A DNA stretch of 36,998 bases. It comes from Nitrospiraceae bacterium (GTDB lineage Bacteria; Nitrospirota; Nitrospiria; Nitrospirales; Nitrospiraceae). Numbering within the stretch: the first letter of the stretch is position 1; every line of letters starts with the position of its first letter. The notes under the pieces are model-generated. The model was given only the letters and a program-made list of their open reading frames with translations. It did no database searches and was not told the origin of the DNA. A program made the position numbers and the translations under genes. Where the stretch lies: the NCBI GenBank assembly GCA_046715215.1, contig JBKJZK010000047.1:1-36998 (forward strand), read 5' to 3'. This document shows, piece after piece, positions 33,197-36,998 of the stretch.

Positions 33197-33783
33197 GGCT
33201 TCGCCCCCTTCGGTTTTGGACGTGCTTCCAATTCCGAACCCATTTCCGCTCTCAGCTTCCGCGGCTCCGCAACTCCGATCGGGTCGATCTATCGCTATCG
33301 ACTCAATGAAGTAACCGCACCGCCTCTTCCCGCATGACGCCGACTCGCTTCTAGCAGGGTCCTGAAAAAATCCGCCAGCTTCCCTCGCTGGGCCTTGCTG
33401 GACGGCCTTTTTGAGCACCCTCCGAAAGTATTTTCCCTTTGACCCAGAACATGCGAACTCTCGAAGTTTCGCGTGCCAAGATTATTTTCCGCACCCCGCT
33501 AGTCTTGCGGCCGGAAACTTTGTCCCATCGCATCCAAGCGTCAGAGTATTCCAATTCAAGGGGACACACTATCCGTAAGGTCACTGAATGTGCAGGGGGA
33601 AAACTAAGGATCCCTGATCGGGTAGAGACCTGAGCACGTTTCAAGGGGGTTCCCGGTCAAGTTCCAGGGAGCCTCGTTGCGACTGACTAGGGGTCACCCC
33701 AGTTAGAAAGGTGCCCGCTATTCGCCATAGTGCTGGCATACTGTAACGTGCAAAGTGTCACTACAAACGGAAGGGTCGCACTA
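33197..33783. promoter_or_regulatory. Divergent promoter / long leader region between the EPS operon and the plus-strand GT4 gene
   Basis: The largest non-coding stretch in the window and visibly less GC-rich, placed between divergently oriented genes. I could not pin down a confident -35/-10 or sigma-54 site by eye. Confidence 0.4.
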
Positions 33784-34911
33784 ATGAAAATTGCACAAAT
33801 TTCTCCCTTATGGGAAAGCGTGCCGCCGCGGTTATATGGCGGCACAGAACGCATTGTGTCCTACCTCACGGAGGAATTGGTCCGCCTAGGCCATGATGTC
33901 ACCTTGTTCGCCAGTGGTGACTCGAGGACTGCGGCTCGACTCCAAGCGGCCTGTCCGAGTGCGCTTCACCTGCAGGCGGAAGGGCCGGTAAACCGCGATG
34001 CGCCGGTGGTCCTGATGATGGAAAAGGCCTTCGGTAGGGATGCGGCCCAATTCGACATCATTCACTCGCACTTGGACTTTCTCAGCTTTCCGATAAGCCG
34101 GCGCTGCGCGACTCCGGCGCTGACTACGCTGCATGGCCGGCTCGATCTTCCCGAACTCGGCCCCCTCTTCGAGGAATATGCCGACATGTCGGTGGTGTCG
34201 ATTTCGGATGCCCAACGAACCCCACTGCCCGATGCCAATTGGCAGGGCACCGTGTATCATGGACTTCCGAAAAATCTGTACTCCTTTCATCCCCATCCTG
34301 GGTCATATCTCGCGTTCCTGGGACGGATCTCTCCCGAAAAACGCCCGGACCATGCCATCGAAATCGCCAAACGCGTCGGAATGCCGCTGCGCATCGCCGC
34401 AAAAGTGGATCCGGCCGATCGGGTCTACTTCGAGGGGCAGATCGAGCGGTTGCTCGATCACCCGTTGATCGAATATGTCGGCGAAATTACCGATGCCGAA
34501 AAAAGCGATTTCTTGGGCGATGCCGCCGCCGTGCTTTGCCCTTACGATTGGCCGGAACCCTTCGGCCTTGTGCTGATCGAGTCGCTGGCTTGCGGCACGC
34601 CCGTCCTGGCGTATCGGCGCGGATCGATCCCGGAAATTATCGATGACGGCGTGACCGGATTTGTATGCGACAACCTGGATGAGATGGTCAGCGCAATTGA
34701 GCGAGTACCGCTGATCTCGCGGCAGCATTGTCGAGAGGCATTCGAAGAACGCTTCACCGTAGAGCGCATGGTGGAAGATTACCTTACGCTCTACGAACGG
34801 ATCACCGCCGTATCGGCCGGCACCCCTGTCTTAGCCCAAGCCGGGCCGATCAACCACGTCAAAAAAAGGGCGGGATTCATGCGGCTCCCGCGTCGGCAGG
34901 ACGCCGCGTAA
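33784..34911 (+). CDS. Family 4 (GT-B) glycosyltransferase
   Basis: MKIAQISPLWESVPPRLYGGTERIVSYLTEELVRLGHDVTLFASGDS...; C-terminal AAVLCPYDWPEPFGLVLIESLACGTPVLAYRRGSIPEIIDDGVTG. ATG at 33784 preceded by GGAAGGG. Confidence 0.9.
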   Translation: MKIAQISPLWESVPPRLYGGTERIVSYLTEELVRLGHDVTLFASGDSRTAARLQAACPSALHLQAEGPVNRDAPVVLMMEKAFGRDAAQFDIIHSHLDFLSFPISRRCATPALTTLHGRLDLPELGPLFEEYADMSVVSISDAQRTPLPDANWQGTVYHGLPKNLYSFHPHPGSYLAFLGRISPEKRPDHAIEIAKRVGMPLRIAAKVDPADRVYFEGQIERLLDHPLIEYVGEITDAEKSDFLGDAAAVLCPYDWPEPFGLVLIESLACGTPVLAYRRGSIPEIIDDGVTGFVCDNLDEMVSAIERVPLISRQHCREAFEERFTVERMVEDYLTLYERITAVSAGTPVLAQAGPINHVKKRAGFMRLPRRQDAA

Positions 34912-34966
34912 GGCACGGGAGCGGGCTGCGGCGTGAATCGTTAGACGTGACACGTGGGAACACCGT

Positions 34967-35051
34967 ATCTGTTGATCTAATGATCTGACGATCTGGTGAG
35001 TCATAGGATTCGGCCCATTCATCAGATCGACAGATCGACAGATCAACAGAT
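34967..35051. repeat. Imperfect 29-nt inverted repeat built from the octamer CAGATCGA (25/29 complementary), 27-nt loop, between convergent genes
   Basis: Left arm atctgttgatctaatgatctgacgatctg (34967-34995); right arm cagatcgacagatcgacagatcaacagat (35023-35051). Confidence 0.8.
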
Positions 35052-35107
35052 TCTGAAACTTGCTGACGAGAGACGAACGACGAGATACGCATTACGAGGA
35101 ACGCGTT

Positions 35108-36151
35108 TTAGGTCTCTTTTCTCATAGCGCCGGAGGCCAGCACCGGTTCTACCGGGACAATCTGCGCCATACTTATCGCCTGACGCACCATCTGGTTCGC
35201 ATATCCCCACTCGTTATCGTACCAACTCATCACCTTCACCAGATTGCCGCCGACGACCTGCGTCATTTCCCGGTCGATGATCGACGCCCTCGGATCCTGA
35301 ATGATATCCGACGACACAACGGGATCTTCAGTCACCCCCACCACTCCGTTGTACCGATCGCTTCGGGCTTCTTGGAGAAACAGCGCATTGACCTCCGCAG
35401 CCGTGGTCTCTCGTTCCGTGACCATCACGATATCCGAAATCGAGCACACAGGAACCGGAGCCCGCACTGCCGTGCCGTCAAATTTTCCCTGTAGTTGAGG
35501 AAGCACTCTTATAGTGGCGCGAGCAGCCCCGGTGGTAGAAGGAACCAGATTGGACGCCCCGGCACGGCCACGGCGCATATTCTTATTGGACTTATCGACG
35601 ATCGCCTGGCTGGCCGTGTACGCATGGATGGTATTCATCACCGCCTTCTCCAGTCCCAGGTACCGGCCGATAATTTCGACGACCGGTGCGACGCAGTTGG
35701 TCGTGCAGCTCGCGCACGACACAATCGGGCCGTCGTGCTCGTCGTAGACATTCACTCCATACACGACTGTCGGAATGTCCTCGTCTTTGGCGGGCGCCGA
35801 AAGAATGACCCGTTTCGCGCCCGCGTCGAGATGTTTGGAGAGATCCTCGCGCCGATTGAACGCGCCGGTGCACTCAAAGACAAGATCCACCCCCAAGTCA
35901 TTCCAGGGCAGCCGCGCTGGATTTCGTTCGGCAAGCAGCAGATAAGATCGATCGGCCATCGTCAGCCCGCCGGCGTCCACTTTCACCCGCATGGGATGGC
36001 GCCCATATACCGTATCGTGATTGAGCAGATAGGCAAGATTGTCGGCGGGGATCGTATCGTTCATGGCGACGACCTCCAACCCCGGTGTCGTCGCCAAGAT
36101 TTTGAACGTCGCCCGCCCGATTCGCCCCAGTCCGTTGATCGCGACTTTCAT
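35108..36151 (-). CDS. gap: Type I glyceraldehyde-3-phosphate dehydrogenase
   Basis: MKVAINGLGRIGR (NAD-binding), active-site SCASCTTNCVAPV, and the C-terminal WYDNEWGYANQ signature. RBS GGGAGGAG upstream of the ATG at 36151. Confidence 0.95.
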   Translation of the reverse strand: MKVAINGLGRIGRATFKILATTPGLEVVAMNDTIPADNLAYLLNHDTVYGRHPMRVKVDAGGLTMADRSYLLLAERNPARLPWNDLGVDLVFECTGAFNRREDLSKHLDAGAKRVILSAPAKDEDIPTVVYGVNVYDEHDGPIVSCASCTTNCVAPVVEIIGRYLGLEKAVMNTIHAYTASQAIVDKSNKNMRRGRAGASNLVPSTTGAARATIRVLPQLQGKFDGTAVRAPVPVCSISDIVMVTERETTAAEVNALFLQEARSDRYNGVVGVTEDPVVSSDIIQDPRASIIDREMTQVVGGNLVKVMSWYDNEWGYANQMVRQAISMAQIVPVEPVLASGAMRKET

Positions 36152-36176
36152 GTGATCTCCTCCCAATAGATTCCTT

Positions 36177-36331
36177 GTGAAGCGTATCTCATAGGGCGAT
36201 CGATCCAATGCACCATTGACTGAAGAATTGCAGATGGGTGCATGGAATCTTGGTTGCATTGGAAGGCTCCGCAATTCGTCAATGACCCAATGAATACATC
36301 GTCAATTCCTCAATGAATCAATTCATGCACC
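36177..36331. repeat. ~155-bp intergenic element, copy B (see 22225-22399)
   Basis: Colinear with copy A and in the same orientation, again immediately 5' of a minus-strand gene start (gap, 36151). It is bracketed by tGTGAAGCG (36176-36184) and its reverse complement CGCTTCACG (36338-36346). Confidence 0.85.
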
Positions 36332-36393
36332 GGCTGACGCTTCACGCGCAAGCGCAGCGGATCAGCGATTGCAACAGCAGACTCCCTGATTCG

Positions 36394-36998
36394 TTACGCC
36401 GCTCGCAACCGCTCGGCCATCCGGTCTGTCAGCCGCTGCTTGATCCGATCATACCCGGTCCAAGGATCGTCGCGCAGGCCTCGAAGTCGCTTCGGCACAG
36501 TGGCAACGGTGAAGTGATCGGACTTCAGCTTCGCCGAGAGTTCGTCCCAGGCCAGCGGCACGGACACCGGCGCGCCGGGTTTGGCCCTGGTCGAATAGGC
36601 GGCAATTGCGGTTGCGCCGCGCGCATTGCGCAGATAGTCAATGAAGATTTTTCCCTTCCTGACCCGTTTCGCCATATTTGCAGTGAACCGTTGCGGAATC
36701 GTCCTCACCAGATGTTCAGCCACTGATTTAGAGAAGGCCTTCGCCTCGTCCCAACTGTGGGTCCGTTGGATCGGCGTGACGACATGCAGCCCCTTGCCGC
36801 CGGTCGTCTTGACGAAACTGACCAGCCCCAATTCTTCCAGGAGAGTTCTCGTCAACTGCGCGGCCTCGATGACCTGGTTCCATGGGACGGAGGGATCAGG
36901 GTCTAAATCGAACGTGAGCCGGTCCGGCCGGTCGAGTCGATCGCGAATGGCGCCCCATGTGTGCAATTCCAGCACACCCATTTGTACGAGTCCCAACA
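36394..36998 (-). CDS. ligD: DNA ligase D polymerase/primase domain (NHEJ LigD PolDom), C-terminal part; 5' end outside window
   Basis: ...LTFDLDPDP...VKTTGGKGLHVVTPI...IFIDYLRNARGATAIAAYSTRA... are archaeo-eukaryotic-primase-type LigD PolDom motifs. The ORF runs off the right edge. TAA at 36394-36396. Confidence 0.85.
   Translation of the reverse strand, partial: LGLVQMGVLELHTWGAIRDRLDRPDRLTFDLDPDPSVPWNQVIEAAQLTRTLLEELGLVSFVKTTGGKGLHVVTPIQRTHSWDEAKAFSKSVAEHLVRTIPQRFTANMAKRVRKGKIFIDYLRNARGATAIAAYSTRAKPGAPVSVPLAWDELSAKLKSDHFTVATVPKRLRGLRDDPWTGYDRIKQRLTDRMAERLRAA

Noticed and set aside
33197-33418. N-terminal ~75-85 aa extension of the NusG-like ORF (GTG at 33418).
   Set aside because: The extension (…GPAREAGGFFQDPARSESASCGKRRCG…) has no NGN-domain counterpart, and NusG paralogues start a few residues before the WYA(L/V) strand. 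It is more likely a 5' leader. The start remains uncertain.
3508-33418. The cluster as a mobile or horizontally acquired island, or a defence system.
   Set aside because: The window holds no integrase, transposase, tRNA attachment site, flanking direct repeats, or nuclease/ATPase/methylase defence-type genes. Every product fits polysaccharide assembly.
33461-33480. Sigma-54-like -24 element on the minus strand (TTGGCACG, complement of 33472-33479) upstream of the operon.
   Set aside because: The position where the -12 TTGC should lie reads ACTT, so only half the bipartite consensus is present. It is not enough to call a promoter.
33737-33757. TGGCAT-N5-AACG upstream of the plus-strand GT4 gene as a possible sigma-54 promoter.
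   Set aside because: The -12 GC dinucleotide is not in register and the -24 element is imperfect.

Overview
GC-rich bacterial chromosomal window dominated by one very large minus-strand exopolysaccharide (EPS) locus (~3.5-33.4 kb, 22 co-directional genes, several 4-13 nt start/stop overlaps). Read 5'->3' on the minus strand it encodes: a NusG/RfaH-like antiterminator paralogue, an outer-membrane beta-barrel, a short Wza-like OPX export protein, a Wzz/GumC chain-length determinant, a BY-type tyrosine kinase ATPase, the initiating polyprenyl-phosphate sugar transferase, a Wzy/O-antigen-ligase-like polymerase, a GT4, a hexapeptide-acetyltransferase::FemAB/CelD-like fusion, a CE4 polysaccharide deacetylase, a Wzx-type flippase, a GT4, a FemAB/CelD-like protein, a GNAT, a DegT-like PLP enzyme, a second FemAB/CelD-like protein, AsnB amidotransferase, a GT4, a second AsnB, a TuaH-like GT, a secreted beta-helix protein, a SAM methyltransferase and a membrane GT2. 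The gene families are those of PEP-CTERM/exosortase-type EPS loci, but no exosortase is in the window. Left flank: two response regulators, a truncated paralogue fragment and a full-length secreted protein of unknown function. Right flank: a divergent GT4, GAPDH (gap) and a partial LigD polymerase-domain gene. The most unusual content is (i) interleaved paralogue sets (2 AsnB, 3 FemAB/CelD-like, 2 sister GT4) that imply unknown amide or aminoacyl decoration chemistry, and (ii) a set of short-period (7-9 nt) low-complexity repeat and inverted-repeat elements in most intergenic gaps, plus a ~155-175 bp element present twice, upstream of the deacetylase gene and upstream of gap. I saw no tRNA, rRNA, CRISPR, transposase or recognisable defence genes. 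All family assignments come from motif recognition by eye on the supplied translations; no searches were run.
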